Below, in pieces: positions 1 to 10,694 of a stretch of 64,000 nucleotides of DNA. Source of the stretch: Bdellovibrionota bacterium (GTDB lineage: Bacteria; Bdellovibrionota_C; UBA2361; CALJRW01); NCBI GenBank assembly GCA_041740355.1, contig JBGSMD010000063.1, forward strand, positions 53,002 through 117,001, read 5' to 3'. The notes under the pieces are model-generated. The model was not told the origin of the DNA, did no database searches, and was given only the letters and a program-made list of their open reading frames with translations. The position numbers and the translations under genes are program-made. The number at the start of each line of letters is the position of its first letter. The stretch's first letter is position 1.

Positions 1-669
1 TTAAAAGATATTCATAAAATCTATCAAATGGGCGAGATTGAGGTTCCGGTCTTAAGAGGATTATCATTAAATATCGATCAAGGTGAAATGGTTGCCTTGA
101 TGGGCAGTTCGGGCTCTGGAAAAAGCACCTTAATGAATATTTTAGGATGCTTGGATCGGCCAACTTCGGGTAAGTATTGTTTAGATGGTGCAGATATTAC
201 TGATTACTCCAATGATCAACGGGCTAATTTAAGAAATAAAAAAATTGGCTTTGTGTTTCAGAATTTTAATTTGCTTCCCAGAACAAGTGCTCTGGAAAAT
301 GTAATTATGCCATTAGCCTACTCCGATGAAGTCATCTCGAAAGAAGAAGAAATTGAGAAAGCAAAAAAAATCCTAATTCGAGTGGGATTAGGCGATCGCT
401 TAGATCACTACACTTCGCAACTCTCTGGTGGCCAACAACAGCGCGTTGCTATTGCCCGAGCATTGATTAATAACCCTCCGGTGCTATTTGCCGATGAACC
501 AACTGGAAACCTCGACTCTAAGACAACAGCTGAAGTTCTCGAAATGTTTAAGGAGCTTCATGAAAAAGACCGAATAACAATCATTATTGTAACTCACGAA
601 GTAGAAGTCGCCTCACATACTGAAAAAATTATTCGTCTTAAAGATGGTCAAATTGAGGAGCAAGATTAA
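1..669 (+). CDS. ABC transporter ATP-binding protein, MacB/LolD family (5' end outside the window)
   Basis: The frame is open from nt 1 ([15 protein letters not shown]...). Walker [13 protein letters not shown] signature LSGGQQQR and Walker B LFADEPT are present. Its stop overlaps the permease start (ATGA at 669). Confidence 0.9.
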   Translation, partial: LKDIHKIYQMGEIEVPVLRGLSLNIDQGEMVALMGSSGSGKSTLMNILGCLDRPTSGKYCLDGADITDYSNDQRANLRNKKIGFVFQNFNLLPRTSALENVIMPLAYSDEVISKEEEIEKAKKILIRVGLGDRLDHYTSQLSGGQQQRVAIARALINNPPVLFADEPTGNLDSKTTAEVLEMFKELHEKDRITIIIVTHEVEVASHTEKIIRLKDGQIEEQD

Positions 670-2033
670 TGAAGACTGCTCGTTTGCTTTTAACATCGAT
701 GACGGGATTGCGCCGAAACCTACTTCGAGCAACGCTCACCACATTGGGAATTATGATTGGTGTAGCCGCAGTAATTGCCATGGTTGAGATTGGTCAAGGG
801 TCAGCCAAGGTTGTGGCAAAAACAATTTCCTCCATGGGTTCTAACACCTTATTAATTATTCCTGGCACTGCGGCGAGTGGTGGTGTTAGCTTTGGAGCTG
901 GAAGTGTCATGACCCTTACACCTCAGGACGCCGAAGCATTAATTCGCGAAGCAACAACACTTCGCGCTGTCGCACCGATCGTGAGGACCAGAGGACAAGT
1001 TGTTTATGGAAATAAGAACTGGGTTCCCTCTTCTGTCACGGGAACCACTCCAACCTATCTCCAAGTTCAAAACTGGGAAGGATTAACTGCTGGTGAAATG
1101 TTTACAGAACAAGATGTTCGAAATGCTAGTAAGGTCTGTGTGATTGGCGCAACTATTGTAAAAGAATTATTTGATGGGGAATCTCCCATTGGCAAAGACC
1201 TTCGGGTACAAAATGTAGCGCTAAAGGTTGTGGGAGTCTTAAGTAGTAAAGGTGCCAACATGATGGGTATGGACCAAGATGATATTATTCTTGCTCCTTG
1301 GACAACAATAAAATCAAGAATCTCAGGAACATCAACAGCCAATACAAGTCAGGCAACAGTATCTACTAATACAGTTAATTCGATTAGCAATCTTTACCCC
1401 TCCACTGGTCTTGCCCTTTATCCGGCTGTTTCTGAAAATCAAACTGCGAATACTCCCTTAACGACAAAGTTAATTAATATTGACCAAATTATGACTTCCG
1501 CAAAATCCGCAGAAGATATTCCTGTCGCAATAGATCAGATTAATGAAATTATTCGCAATCGTCATAATCTGCGGACCGGTGAGGAAAATGATTTTAGTGT
1601 TCGTGATATGAGTCAAATGATTAAAGCTATGACTTCCACTACTGCTCTGATGACAAAACTTCTTCTTTGCGTTGCTATGATTTCATTACTTGTGGGTGGA
1701 GTTGGAATCATGAATATTATGTTGGTTTCAGTAACAGAAAGAACTAGGGAGATTGGCCTAAGGATGGCAGTTGGAGCAAGAGCTAAAGATATTCTTCTGC
1801 AATTTTTAGCAGAGGCAATTGTTCTCTGTTTACTTGGTGGTGCAATTGGAATTGCCTTTGGAAGAATTATTTCTATTTTAATTACGACTTTTCTGCAATG
1901 GCCAACACAAATGTCCGTGCCAGCAATCCTTGCTGCTGTAATAGTATCAGCTAGCGTTGGGATTATTTTTGGATTTTACCCAGCATGGAAAGCTTCTAAA
2001 TTAGATCCAATTGAGGCTTTAAGATATGAATAG
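669..2033 (+). CDS. MacB-like ABC transporter permease (FtsX domain plus periplasmic domain)
   Basis: It has an N-terminal TM helix, a large periplasmic domain and a C-terminal FtsX-type 3-TM bundle, and ends ...KASKLDPIEALRYE, as is typical of MacB/LolC/E. It is coupled to the ATPase gene. Confidence 0.85.
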   Translation: MKTARLLLTSMTGLRRNLLRATLTTLGIMIGVAAVIAMVEIGQGSAKVVAKTISSMGSNTLLIIPGTAASGGVSFGAGSVMTLTPQDAEALIREATTLRAVAPIVRTRGQVVYGNKNWVPSSVTGTTPTYLQVQNWEGLTAGEMFTEQDVRNASKVCVIGATIVKELFDGESPIGKDLRVQNVALKVVGVLSSKGANMMGMDQDDIILAPWTTIKSRISGTSTANTSQATVSTNTVNSISNLYPSTGLALYPAVSENQTANTPLTTKLINIDQIMTSAKSAEDIPVAIDQINEIIRNRHNLRTGEENDFSVRDMSQMIKAMTSTTALMTKLLLCVAMISLLVGGVGIMNIMLVSVTERTREIGLRMAVGARAKDILLQFLAEAIVLCLLGGAIGIAFGRIISILITTFLQWPTQMSVPAILAAVIVSASVGIIFGFYPAWKASKLDPIEALRYE

Positions 2034-3420
2034 ATTGTTATTACTTACTCTGATTTTCATTACCAGTTGTACCGTTGGTCCAAATTTTAAGTTACCAGAA
2101 ATTTCTGAGTCTGACACTTGGGCAACAATATCTAACAATCAACTTTCACAAACAAACACGACACTAACTTTTCAACATAATTGGTGGGAAAGTTATCACG
2201 ATCCAATTTTAAGCTCTTTAATTAATCGAGCCAAAGATTCTAATTTAGATCTAAAACAAGCAGTATCTAAAATTAGACAAGCTAGGGCGTCTCGAACAAC
2301 GATAGCTTCCAGTCTTTTCCCAAGTATTAATTCATCAGCAACATTTCAAGAAAGTGATTCTGACTTTAATGCGACTTCTAATAATTCAGGTTTATTCCAA
2401 GCAGGACTAGATGCCTCCTGGGAGTTAGATATTTTTGGAGGGATCCGTCGTAATATTGAATCCGCTGATGCTGAAATTATTGTTCAAGTTGAGAATCGCA
2501 ATGACTTGATTGTAACGCTGACTTCCGAAGTAGCACTTAACTATTTAAGCTTAAGAGGCTTTCAACAAGAGCTAGTAATTACAAATCTAAATTTAGCTGC
2601 TCAAAAAAAATCAGTTGATGTTACTGAAAAACTTTTTAATGCTGGATTTACTGGGAAATTAGATTATCTAAATGCTACGGCCCAACTAGCTACAACGGAG
2701 TCACAAGTCCCAAGCCTCGAAGCAAATATTCAAAAAACTATCTACACCCTTAGTGTTTTATTAGGATTAGAACCTGAAGTTTTAAATGCCGAACTTTTAC
2801 CACTTGGCACGATTCCTTCGGTTCCCGCAGAAATCGCAGTGGGACTTCCTTCTGAATTATTGAGACGTCGGCCTGACATTCGACAAGCTGAAGCAAGGCT
2901 TCATTCCGCAACTGCAAAAATTGGAGTAGCTGTTGCCGATCTATTTCCAAAGTTTACTTTAAATGGCTCAATAAATGTTCAGGCAAATTCCGCCTCTAAT
3001 CTAACGGCTGGAGATAATAGCTTTTGGTCTTTTGGGCCAGGAGTAAGTCTCCCTATTTTTAATGCTGGAAAATTAAGAGCAAATGTAAAAATTCAAGAAG
3101 AAATACAAGAACAAGCTTTAATTGAATATGAAAAAACTATTTTAAAAGCTCTTAAAGAAACTAATAGTGCATTAGTTGATTATCAACGAGAACAAGAGAG
3201 TCGTCTTACCTTGGAACAAGCAGTCAACGCTAATTTACAAGCAGTGGAGATAGCACAAGAACTCTATCGAACTGGACAAACCGATTTTCTAAACGTGCTT
3301 GTTACACAGAGATCACTATACTCTACGCAATCAGCTTTGATTCAAAGCACCAGGACCATTGCAACAAATTTAGTAGCTATTTATAAAGCCCTCGGTGGTG
3401 GCTGGGAAACGGGGAAATAA
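2026..3420 (+). CDS. Efflux outer membrane factor lipoprotein (NodT/TolC family)
   Basis: A lipobox-like LIFITSC follows the signal peptide. Two TolC-like repeat halves are present, and the C terminus (YKALGGGW) is typical of NodT-family OMFs. It overlaps the permease by 8 nt. Confidence 0.85.
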   Translation: MNRLLLLTLIFITSCTVGPNFKLPEISESDTWATISNNQLSQTNTTLTFQHNWWESYHDPILSSLINRAKDSNLDLKQAVSKIRQARASRTTIASSLFPSINSSATFQESDSDFNATSNNSGLFQAGLDASWELDIFGGIRRNIESADAEIIVQVENRNDLIVTLTSEVALNYLSLRGFQQELVITNLNLAAQKKSVDVTEKLFNAGFTGKLDYLNATAQLATTESQVPSLEANIQKTIYTLSVLLGLEPEVLNAELLPLGTIPSVPAEIAVGLPSELLRRRPDIRQAEARLHSATAKIGVAVADLFPKFTLNGSINVQANSASNLTAGDNSFWSFGPGVSLPIFNAGKLRANVKIQEEIQEQALIEYEKTILKALKETNSALVDYQREQESRLTLEQAVNANLQAVEIAQELYRTGQTDFLNVLVTQRSLYSTQSALIQSTRTIATNLVAIYKALGGGWETGK

Positions 3421-3490
3421 TTTTCTTTCCTTTTTGAATCTGAGGAAATAAACTACATTTTTTGCCTAGCTAACAAAGATTAAATTAAAA

Positions 3491-4462
3491 TTAATCTCTG
3501 GAAACAGAAATTACATTTCGTGGTAAATACTTAGATGTCCAAGAACGTGTGATCGGACTTCCGGCTGGACCTTCCGTCACTTCTAAAGTTATTTCAATAG
3601 CTCTTATTTCCTGCCATTGTTGACTAGACGTAAATGACGAGAAGATTGTTCCATCTTGCATCTCAACTCGAACCTGAAAATCGGTGATATTATTAGCAAT
3701 ATTCATAAAGAAACTAGGGTCATTGGAATCCACTAACTGTAAGATGTTAGTTGTAGTATCGAGCTGAATTCTCCATTCTTCCAATAGGTAAACAGAAGCA
3801 TTAGCAGCTGAAAAATTATGTTGCCAGTTTCCACTACTGGCAGTCTTGAAAATACGGTATTGGTTGACCCCGGCAGATACTGACAAATTTTCTACGCTTT
3901 CAAAAGTTAAATATTCGCCAACAAGACTAGATGCGTCGAAAATATAGGCTTTTGCTTCTCCACTATCTTCGCCGGCTAAGTATGCCCCCCAAACATTAAA
4001 GTTATTGGCATTGACACTATGACCACAAGCCCCTGGCAATGGGGTCAGATTAGTGCTGACGTAAGAAAAGAATAAATTTCGGTCGGCACTAGTAGCTGTT
4101 AAATTTTGACATAATAATAAAACTTCTTCTAATAAATTTCTTCTTAAAGTTAAAACGTCTGGTGCTCCGCTAGCACCATTTTGTAATAGGAGTGCTGGGA
4201 AAACTGCTGGTAAATTTGCACCTAACAAACGTACCTCCGACGAAATCACGTCGAAAACTCCGCGTAATTCCTGATTGGCCCGAACATTCACTACGTCTTT
4301 GGCGTAAAGCTTTTTGAATGAAATAATTGAAGACAAAACTATCGAGCTGACCACTACTAAGATCGAGGTTGAAACTAAAATCTCGACTAAAGTCATCCCT
4401 TTAATTGAGTTTCGTGAGCACGCTTTCCACTTCATAAACTTCTTTACTATCATAAGTGACAA
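3491..4462 (-). CDS. Pseudopilin / minor pilin-like protein with prepilin-type N-terminal domain
   Basis: The N terminus ...SIKG|MTLVEILVSTSILVV matches the prepilin cleavage/methylation motif (G, then a hydrophobic helix with E at +5). It is the last gene of a three-gene minus-strand operon. The start is ambiguous (Met at 4462, 4453 or 4435). Confidence 0.6.
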   Translation of the reverse strand: MSLMIVKKFMKWKACSRNSIKGMTLVEILVSTSILVVVSSIVLSSIISFKKLYAKDVVNVRANQELRGVFDVISSEVRLLGANLPAVFPALLLQNGASGAPDVLTLRRNLLEEVLLLCQNLTATSADRNLFFSYVSTNLTPLPGACGHSVNANNFNVWGAYLAGEDSGEAKAYIFDASSLVGEYLTFESVENLSVSAGVNQYRIFKTASSGNWQHNFSAANASVYLLEEWRIQLDTTTNILQLVDSNDPSFFMNIANNITDFQVRVEMQDGTIFSSFTSSQQWQEIRAIEITLEVTEGPAGSPITRSWTSKYLPRNVISVSRD

Positions 4463-4826
4463 CTACTTTTAAATGTCTTGTTTCGCTAGTTGCTGTTGGA
4501 GGGCAATATGTCATATTACTACAATAAGTTACCACAACTTGATAAGTCCTAGCACCAAAAGTGATATTGATCGGTGCGTTAGAGGTAACAGTTGAAGGCA
4601 TAGTTGTTGTATTCTCCAATCTCATTTGGTCAAAAACTTGTTGTGCCGCAATCTGAGCTTCTGATTTAATTTCACCCAGTCTTAACATACTATTTGCTTG
4701 CATTACAGAAGTACTAAAAGTTGCCGAAACAATTCCAATAATTATTAAAGCAACCAATACTTCAATTAAGCTAAATCCTGAAGCACTGTTAAAATTTCTC
4801 CCTAAAAACTTTTGTTTTAAATTCAT
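4401..4826 (-). CDS. Pseudopilin / minor pilin-like protein
   Basis: The N terminus ...NSASG|FSLIEVLVALIIIGIV is a canonical prepilin-type N-terminal cleavage/methylation domain. Confidence 0.65.
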   Translation of the reverse strand: MNLKQKFLGRNFNSASGFSLIEVLVALIIIGIVSATFSTSVMQANSMLRLGEIKSEAQIAAQQVFDQMRLENTTTMPSTVTSNAPINITFGARTYQVVVTYCSNMTYCPPTATSETRHLKVVVTYDSKEVYEVESVLTKLN

Positions 4827-4859
4827 AACAATTAATTAATTACGTTTAGGGCTGCTTCG

Positions 4860-5315
4860 TTATGAGGCAGAAATTCCTCCACCTAGAAAGATTTCAATCT
4901 TCTTAGTAAGTCCAGTCGTATCAGTAATATAAAATTCTTCATTATTTGGAAAACCACGAGAGTCAATACAAACTGACCAAGTGGTCGTGGTAAAAGTTGC
5001 CCCCACTGGTAAATCAAAGGTTAAACGTTGATCGTCGACCCAAGCATCTGCGGAATCACATGATTTGCGATAACTAGCAACAACCTGCGAATTACCGTTG
5101 GGAATAAGTTGATAAGCTACTAAATTAGCAATTGATTTAGCCTTAGCTAATTTATAAACACTAAGGACTTGATCCGTTGCAGATTGAGTTGGGGATACTA
5201 AATCTTTTAAATTCAAAACAGCGATCAACGATAAAATTCCAACTAGAGACATTACTACAAGAAGCTCGGCTACAGAAAATGCTTTAACTTGTAAAAATCT
5301 ATCTAACATACTCAT
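4860..5315 (-). CDS. Pseudopilin-like protein (atypical leader, Ala at -1)
   Basis: The N terminus ...LQVKA|FSVAELLVVMSLVGIL has a pilin-like hydrophobic helix with E at +5. It is the first gene of the pseudopilin operon. Confidence 0.5.
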   Translation of the reverse strand: MSMLDRFLQVKAFSVAELLVVMSLVGILSLIAVLNLKDLVSPTQSATDQVLSVYKLAKAKSIANLVAYQLIPNGNSQVVASYRKSCDSADAWVDDQRLTFDLPVGATFTTTTWSVCIDSRGFPNNEEFYITDTTGLTKKIEIFLGGGISAS

Positions 5316-5530
5316 TTATATCGGCCTAAAGCAGGATAACTTTAATTTTTAGCCCTTAAGTGCGAAAACCACCTCGAACGTACTTTTTAAAAAATTACTT
5401 GGAATTACAATCAATTAAGATACTCTATAGTATGTTTTATTTGCTAAAAATAGCTTATTTTTCGCATACTCATACTAATTTAATCAACTTCATGATTTTT
5501 ATCCAGAGAACGGGTGTCATTTGAGCGAAA

Positions 5531-6601
5531 CTAACCTTTTCCAGCAAGCGTACCACAGGCAGCACTAATATCAGCACCTCCCGAGTATCTTCTAACCACA
5601 GGCTGTTTTAAGTAAATATTCAGAGAATCTCGAAATACATTCATTTCTTCCTCAGTTGGTCTCTGGTAACGATTTGTAGCATCCGTTACTTCAATTAAAT
5701 CCAATCTAACTTGGGTGTCACCAATTAACTCCCCCAAAGCTTTTGCATCCTCCTCGTAAATGTTTTCACCACTAATGCAGACATATGCGAGCATAATTCT
5801 TTCCTTACGCTTCAGGGAATAACGTCTAGCCGCCGCAATAATTTCTTTAATTGGTGTTCTTGCCGCAACTGGTACTAAGCGCTGGCGCTTTTCATCCGTT
5901 GATGCACCGATACTAATTGACAGTCGAAATGGTCGCTCTTCGTCTATAAAGCGATTAATCTTATCTAACACTCCAACAGTACTTATTGTGATCGCCTTGG
6001 AACTAATTGCATTTAGTACTGGATAGCAAAGTAGTTCAGCCGAACGGAGAACATTTTCATAATTTAAAAATGGCTCACCCATTCCCATAAATACAGCTCC
6101 CGTGACAGTGCGTCCAGAAGCTTCGGCAATCTTTCGTGCTTGTTGCAGTTGATCTACTATTTCCCAACTTTTTAAGTTTCGTTGTTTTGGCATTCTTGCC
6201 GTTGCACAGAATGTACAAGCCATAACACAACCAACTTGCGAGGAAAGACAAACAGTAACGGAATTTTCTTTATGTAATGGAATAATTACTGTTTCCACGT
6301 TTAGGTCATCAGTAGTCTTAAAAAGTAGTTTTTGAAAACCATCAAGCTCAGAGGTAACTATCTTCACTAATTGCAATGATGGTAATTTTTCTAACTCAGA
6401 GGCTCGCTGATTACTTATGATTCCAACCTTCGCCCATTCTTGGGGATCTAAATGATACCTACCAAGCACCGCGCCCAATAAACGTGCCCCATTTTTTTGA
6501 TTAATACCAAATTTTTCTAAATTTTCTAAAAAAATCTTAGGTGCGTAGTCACGAGGATCTAATAAGTTAGGATTATTATTAATTTTTAAAGCAGAAGACA
6601 T
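5531..6601 (-). CDS. rlmN: Radical SAM 23S rRNA/tRNA adenine-C2 methyltransferase RlmN
   Basis: The CxxxCxxC cluster (CVMACTFCATA), GMGEPFLNYENV, ISTVG and the C-terminal ...DISAACGTLAG (catalytic Cys) are all present. Confidence 0.85.
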   Translation of the reverse strand: MSSALKINNNPNLLDPRDYAPKIFLENLEKFGINQKNGARLLGAVLGRYHLDPQEWAKVGIISNQRASELEKLPSLQLVKIVTSELDGFQKLLFKTTDDLNVETVIIPLHKENSVTVCLSSQVGCVMACTFCATARMPKQRNLKSWEIVDQLQQARKIAEASGRTVTGAVFMGMGEPFLNYENVLRSAELLCYPVLNAISSKAITISTVGVLDKINRFIDEERPFRLSISIGASTDEKRQRLVPVAARTPIKEIIAAARRYSLKRKERIMLAYVCISGENIYEEDAKALGELIGDTQVRLDLIEVTDATNRYQRPTEEEMNVFRDSLNIYLKQPVVRRYSGGADISAACGTLAGKG

Positions 6602-6787
6602 AATTAATACTGAACAACTTCGATGAATTGATTAGCGCGACTTTGAATTTGTACTAGTCACTATTGATTGCAAATATTAAATTATAGGAACTTAGAGTTA
6701 CTGGCAAGCAAAGGGTGAACTTGAGTAAAATAAAAAACTTGGTATCCTCTGACAAGAGAGTTAATTTTGTTGTAAGTTGTTTGATTA

Positions 6788-8467
6788 ATGCCAAGTCCAG
6801 TTCCAAATAGTGGTTCCCCTGAAGATCGAGGCACAAACTCGGCTGAACCTACTAAGATCGAAACAAAAGAGATACAGCTTTATCCAACAGTCGTTAAGTT
6901 ACAGATTCCGACAAATATTTTTGAAGCTAGTGCTTGGGGCAATATCGCTATTAATCACTTCAATTATGATACGACTGCCTGTGAGCTAATTCACAGAGCC
7001 GAAAGTCAATTGCCGGCACTGACAGAACTTGGTGAGCATTTTTATGAAGTAATTAACCGATCAACTTACCAATTAAACAATATTAACGACAAAGAATGGT
7101 TGCGTTTTTTAGCTGCTGGACCAAACACGTTATTAACAAATACCTCCAATCAAGATACTGTTAATCCTGTAGATGTTGCTTACGCAAATATATTATTCTC
7201 TGCTAGTTGTCTTTGCAAAGCAGACGCTGTCCAAGACCATAGCTCTAATATTTACCAACGTTGGCGAGAAGCTGGTTTTGTTACCTGTGCTCATGCCATT
7301 ATTCAACTACACGAGTCTGTGAGATTTGATTCGATAGTGGGCCCAATGCCTGTAGTACAACTGAAAGAGAAGTTATTGGCTTTAGAAAGTGAGCACCCTG
7401 GTAGATCGCTGCGCTTAGAGCGCGCGGTAGATGAACTGATTCAAAGTTTTGACACGAGTACTGACCACCTTGCTAATATTATCAAGGAGCATGGTACTAT
7501 TGGGGATAAAATCTTCTCACTATCATCAGAGACAGTTACAAAAAACTTTGAAATTACTCGTCAGAACCACCAAATTTTTGGAACACTACAAGATCAAATT
7601 AGGGCTCAAACTACTCGGGACTCTTGGATTAATGCCGATGATCATCTGCCAAAGCTTGTGAATGCTGAAGGTGGACATTTATCATGTTTCCCTGATGCCA
7701 TCTTTCGAAGTGAGCACTTAAGAAAAGCCGCAATTGGGATGATTTGTGAAATCAATAAACAAGCAGATCAGATTATTTTGATGGGGACACGTTGGGTAGA
7801 TCCGCTAGTTAAATCTGATTTGCAAAAACGCTCCGCTCAGGATCTTGTTAATTTGATCCATTACTGGTTGGAAGATACAGATCCTAACATTACCTTAAAA
7901 TCACTCATGAACTTAACAGCAGAATCTGAATTGCTTAACGGTGTCTATACTTTTTTTAAACATTTAAAAAATAGTCATGCTAATTCTCGCGCCTCTCTCC
8001 AATTAAATATCAATCCAGATCTTACTAATCATTTTGACAAGGAAAAAGTTGTAATTATTGGTGATAATGAATGGACTAGTTTTTTTCATAATAATAAATA
8101 TGTTTCGATTTATTTAACAAACACCAGTGCCGAAAATAAACTTGATTTCTCTCGTCCTATTAGCGAGAACTCTGGTGTTAGTTATGTTAAAGCTGCAGTT
8201 TATAATGTGGCAAATGAACCCGATCGGGGCTGTGGTGCCTGGAAAAGTTGCTATGTTTCTGGACCTGGACTTCATCAAGTAATTTCATCTGTTAAGTGGG
8301 AAAATTTTACCGAACAATTCCATCATTTTACACGCACAGGATCAATTCAAAAGGACCAGCCACATTCTGATCGCCTTCACAATCATTACGTTTTTATCCA
8401 TCATCATGAACCTGAACGGAAAAGAGTAGCCCGAATGCAACCTAAAAATCGCTTTGTAAACACCTAA
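6788..8467 (+). CDS. Hypothetical protein (559 aa), no recognised domain
   Basis: This is a long uninterrupted ORF with no recognisable motif and a His-rich C-terminal segment (HNHYVFIHHHEPE). Confidence 0.5.
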   Translation: MPSPVPNSGSPEDRGTNSAEPTKIETKEIQLYPTVVKLQIPTNIFEASAWGNIAINHFNYDTTACELIHRAESQLPALTELGEHFYEVINRSTYQLNNINDKEWLRFLAAGPNTLLTNTSNQDTVNPVDVAYANILFSASCLCKADAVQDHSSNIYQRWREAGFVTCAHAIIQLHESVRFDSIVGPMPVVQLKEKLLALESEHPGRSLRLERAVDELIQSFDTSTDHLANIIKEHGTIGDKIFSLSSETVTKNFEITRQNHQIFGTLQDQIRAQTTRDSWINADDHLPKLVNAEGGHLSCFPDAIFRSEHLRKAAIGMICEINKQADQIILMGTRWVDPLVKSDLQKRSAQDLVNLIHYWLEDTDPNITLKSLMNLTAESELLNGVYTFFKHLKNSHANSRASLQLNINPDLTNHFDKEKVVIIGDNEWTSFFHNNKYVSIYLTNTSAENKLDFSRPISENSGVSYVKAAVYNVANEPDRGCGAWKSCYVSGPGLHQVISSVKWENFTEQFHHFTRTGSIQKDQPHSDRLHNHYVFIHHHEPERKRVARMQPKNRFVNT

Positions 8468-8628
8468 CTGTTAATTAACAATATTTTAACCTAGTCCCTT
8501 AAGGGTAGCTTTAAGCCCTTTCACCATTGTACTAAACGAAATTAAAAACTAACTCTCAATGTCGTCTAGTATTTGGATGTCGATCGGGCTATTTTGAAAA
8601 ACAACTCTAGATCGGATAAAGTCCTCTC

Positions 8629-9162
8629 GTGCCCAATCATAAGCTCCATCGTAATTTTAATATTATCCTGCTCTGTCCGATCGTGGTTGCTTGTCTTTAT
8701 TATTACCTACAGATTGATCTTCGGATGCTTGGAATACTAACACTTGCCTTTATCTATGCTACTTTTTTTGCGCACCCGGACTTGGACTTAGCGAACCAAA
8801 TTAAGCTTTTTTCTTTCACTGGAATATTTACCCTACCATTTAGGATTTTTTATGCTCCCTTCATTAAGCACCGTAGCAAAATCAGTCATAGTCTCCTCTG
8901 GGGAACTCCCAGCAGAATACTTGCTCTAGTACTTTTTGCTCTTCTAATAACTTTTCTCTATCTCTGCTATCAGAAACTTGGCTCTACTGGTCTTCATAAA
9001 AACGACTTGGCAACAATCTGGCAAAAGGTATTAATCATTGCCAAAGTCGCTGGTGTAAGTTCTTGGCAGCTGGCTATTCAACATCAAACTGAAATTTTCT
9101 TTGCTATAGCTGGGTTTTATTTAGCAGATCTAGGGCACTTGCTACTCGATAAATTACGATAG
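8629..9162 (+). CDS. Small polytopic membrane protein, possibly a DUF2227-like metal-binding membrane protein
   Basis: It has a GTG start and 4-5 hydrophobic segments. The HPDLDL ... HRSKISHSLLWGT pattern resembles membrane-bound metal-binding/hydrolase families. This is recollection only. Confidence 0.4.
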   Translation: MPNHKLHRNFNIILLCPIVVACLYYYLQIDLRMLGILTLAFIYATFFAHPDLDLANQIKLFSFTGIFTLPFRIFYAPFIKHRSKISHSLLWGTPSRILALVLFALLITFLYLCYQKLGSTGLHKNDLATIWQKVLIIAKVAGVSSWQLAIQHQTEIFFAIAGFYLADLGHLLLDKLR

Positions 9163-9211
9163 TCAAAAAAAGATCTAGGAGATTCCAAAAAATAATGATA
9201 CTTATATCAGA

Positions 9212-10147
9212 ATGCCGATTGCCTTTAGCCCGCAAACTGCTGGTTTTACTTATCCTGATGAATTCTTGGGGGCAAATCTACCGCGTCCAGCTTACCACTT
9301 AGAAGCGTCTGCTTTCCAGCCGCAACCAAGTCAAAATCAACAATCCTGTTGTCCAAGTTATATTTTTCAAAACATCCTTACTTTCGAATCCCTTCCTGCT
9401 ATTGATTTAGAACAAGAACACAAGATTAGATTAATCGTGCCAACCGAAAAGATTACTTTCACAGGTCATCAATCTTATGGCCAAATTGAAATTATCGGAC
9501 AAGTTCATACTATTTATAATGAGGACACTCCAACCCTCAAGAAAATTGGAATCTGTCAGGAACAAGTCCTGCTTCATCTTCAAGCTAGAGCAACACAAAC
9601 AATTTTCGTTGAGGGACTTTGGAAAGATTTTCCCGCCCAGACCTACTCTCAAAGTCAATTTTCAGAATTTTGTTTCTACTTACTACCGAATGAGCATGCC
9701 AAAAATCATCAGCCACAAAACTTCAGCGGATTTATCAAAAACCTATTTCAGAACTTTCAGCCAGGTGCAGAATTTACTGAAGAACAAAAACTTTACTTGG
9801 GATTAATTGGAGCTCCTTATATTTACGCAATTTGTAATCCACAAGTTAGTTTAATGAAAACTATCTCATCTGAAGATGATTTGAGAATTCCTAAGCTGAT
9901 TGAACAGCATAAAAACAACTCAGAGACGGTTCATTTTTTACGTTTTGAATTACGAGAATACCTCGCGCTTCAAGAGGCAAAGAATTATCTAGAACGAAAC
10001 CCAGGGACTAGAGTTTCCATTGTCTACGGAAGCAGTCATGAGTTTCTCCCTCAGGCAGATAAGGTATTTCGTCAAAACACTCCAATAATTACCACCGTTA
10101 AATGGAGCTCGCTAGAAAACAAGCTAGGGTGGGACAATGCCGCCTAG
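9212..10147 (+). CDS. Hypothetical protein (311 aa)
   Basis: Long ORF with no recognised motif. Confidence 0.45.
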   Translation: MPIAFSPQTAGFTYPDEFLGANLPRPAYHLEASAFQPQPSQNQQSCCPSYIFQNILTFESLPAIDLEQEHKIRLIVPTEKITFTGHQSYGQIEIIGQVHTIYNEDTPTLKKIGICQEQVLLHLQARATQTIFVEGLWKDFPAQTYSQSQFSEFCFYLLPNEHAKNHQPQNFSGFIKNLFQNFQPGAEFTEEQKLYLGLIGAPYIYAICNPQVSLMKTISSEDDLRIPKLIEQHKNNSETVHFLRFELREYLALQEAKNYLERNPGTRVSIVYGSSHEFLPQADKVFRQNTPIITTVKWSSLENKLGWDNAA

Positions 10148-10227
10148 TTTTAAGTAATCCGTTAAAAGTGAATTTCAGCTGACAACCTTTCCGACACTCC
10201 AGTCGTCTAGTAAAATGAAGTCAATAC

Positions 10228-10689
10228 ATGAACTATAATCAACTGGTCGAAGAGCATTACGAAGCGGTATATAGATTTTGTTATTATTTTATGGGTTCTA
10301 AGCAAGATGCTGAAGACCTGACTCAAGAAGTCTTCATAAAAGCTAATAAAAAACTATCAACACTGCAATCAGAGTCCTCAGCTAAAAGCTGGTTACTTCA
10401 GATTGCCCGCAACAAGTGTATCGACCGGAAACGTTGGTGGAAAAGACTCTTTGCTTTAAAGGAGCAAGTTGGTGCAATCCAACTACAGAGCAGTCACTCT
10501 CCAGATATGAAAATCATGTTGGAGAAAGCACTGAACTTGCTTTCTGCTAGGCAAAAAGAAGTTTTCATTTGTAGACATTTTATGGACTACAGCACAGAAC
10601 AAACCGCGGAGCTTCTAGGAATTAATTCCGGGAGTGTAAAATCTCACCTGAGTCGCGCAATTGAAAAAATGAGTAAGGAATTGGAATAA
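10228..10689 (+). CDS. ECF-type RNA polymerase sigma factor (sigma-70 family, group 4)
   Basis: Region 2 (DAEDLTQEVFIKA ... WLLQIARNKCIDRKR) and region 4 HTH (STEQTAELLGINSGSVKSHLSRA) are present. Confidence 0.85.
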   Translation: MNYNQLVEEHYEAVYRFCYYFMGSKQDAEDLTQEVFIKANKKLSTLQSESSAKSWLLQIARNKCIDRKRWWKRLFALKEQVGAIQLQSSHSPDMKIMLEKALNLLSARQKEVFICRHFMDYSTEQTAELLGINSGSVKSHLSRAIEKMSKELE

Positions 10690-10694
10690 ATTAG

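Noticed and set aside
1067-1342. Short antisense or alternative-frame ORFs nested in longer genes. Examples: 1067-1342, 2750-2950, 7449-7661, 9431-9806, 11040-11306, 12019-12591, 16473-16700, 18748-19120, 24416-24949, 27641-27823, 28531-29172, 32735-32920, 34021-34215, 35378-35891, 36705-36902, 47808-48096, 49103-49939, 51304-51498, 52915-53163, 58216-58422, 59575-59760, 6654-6836
   Set aside because: Each lies within or antisense to a longer ORF with clear homology-type motifs. They have low-complexity or implausible sequences and no motif support.
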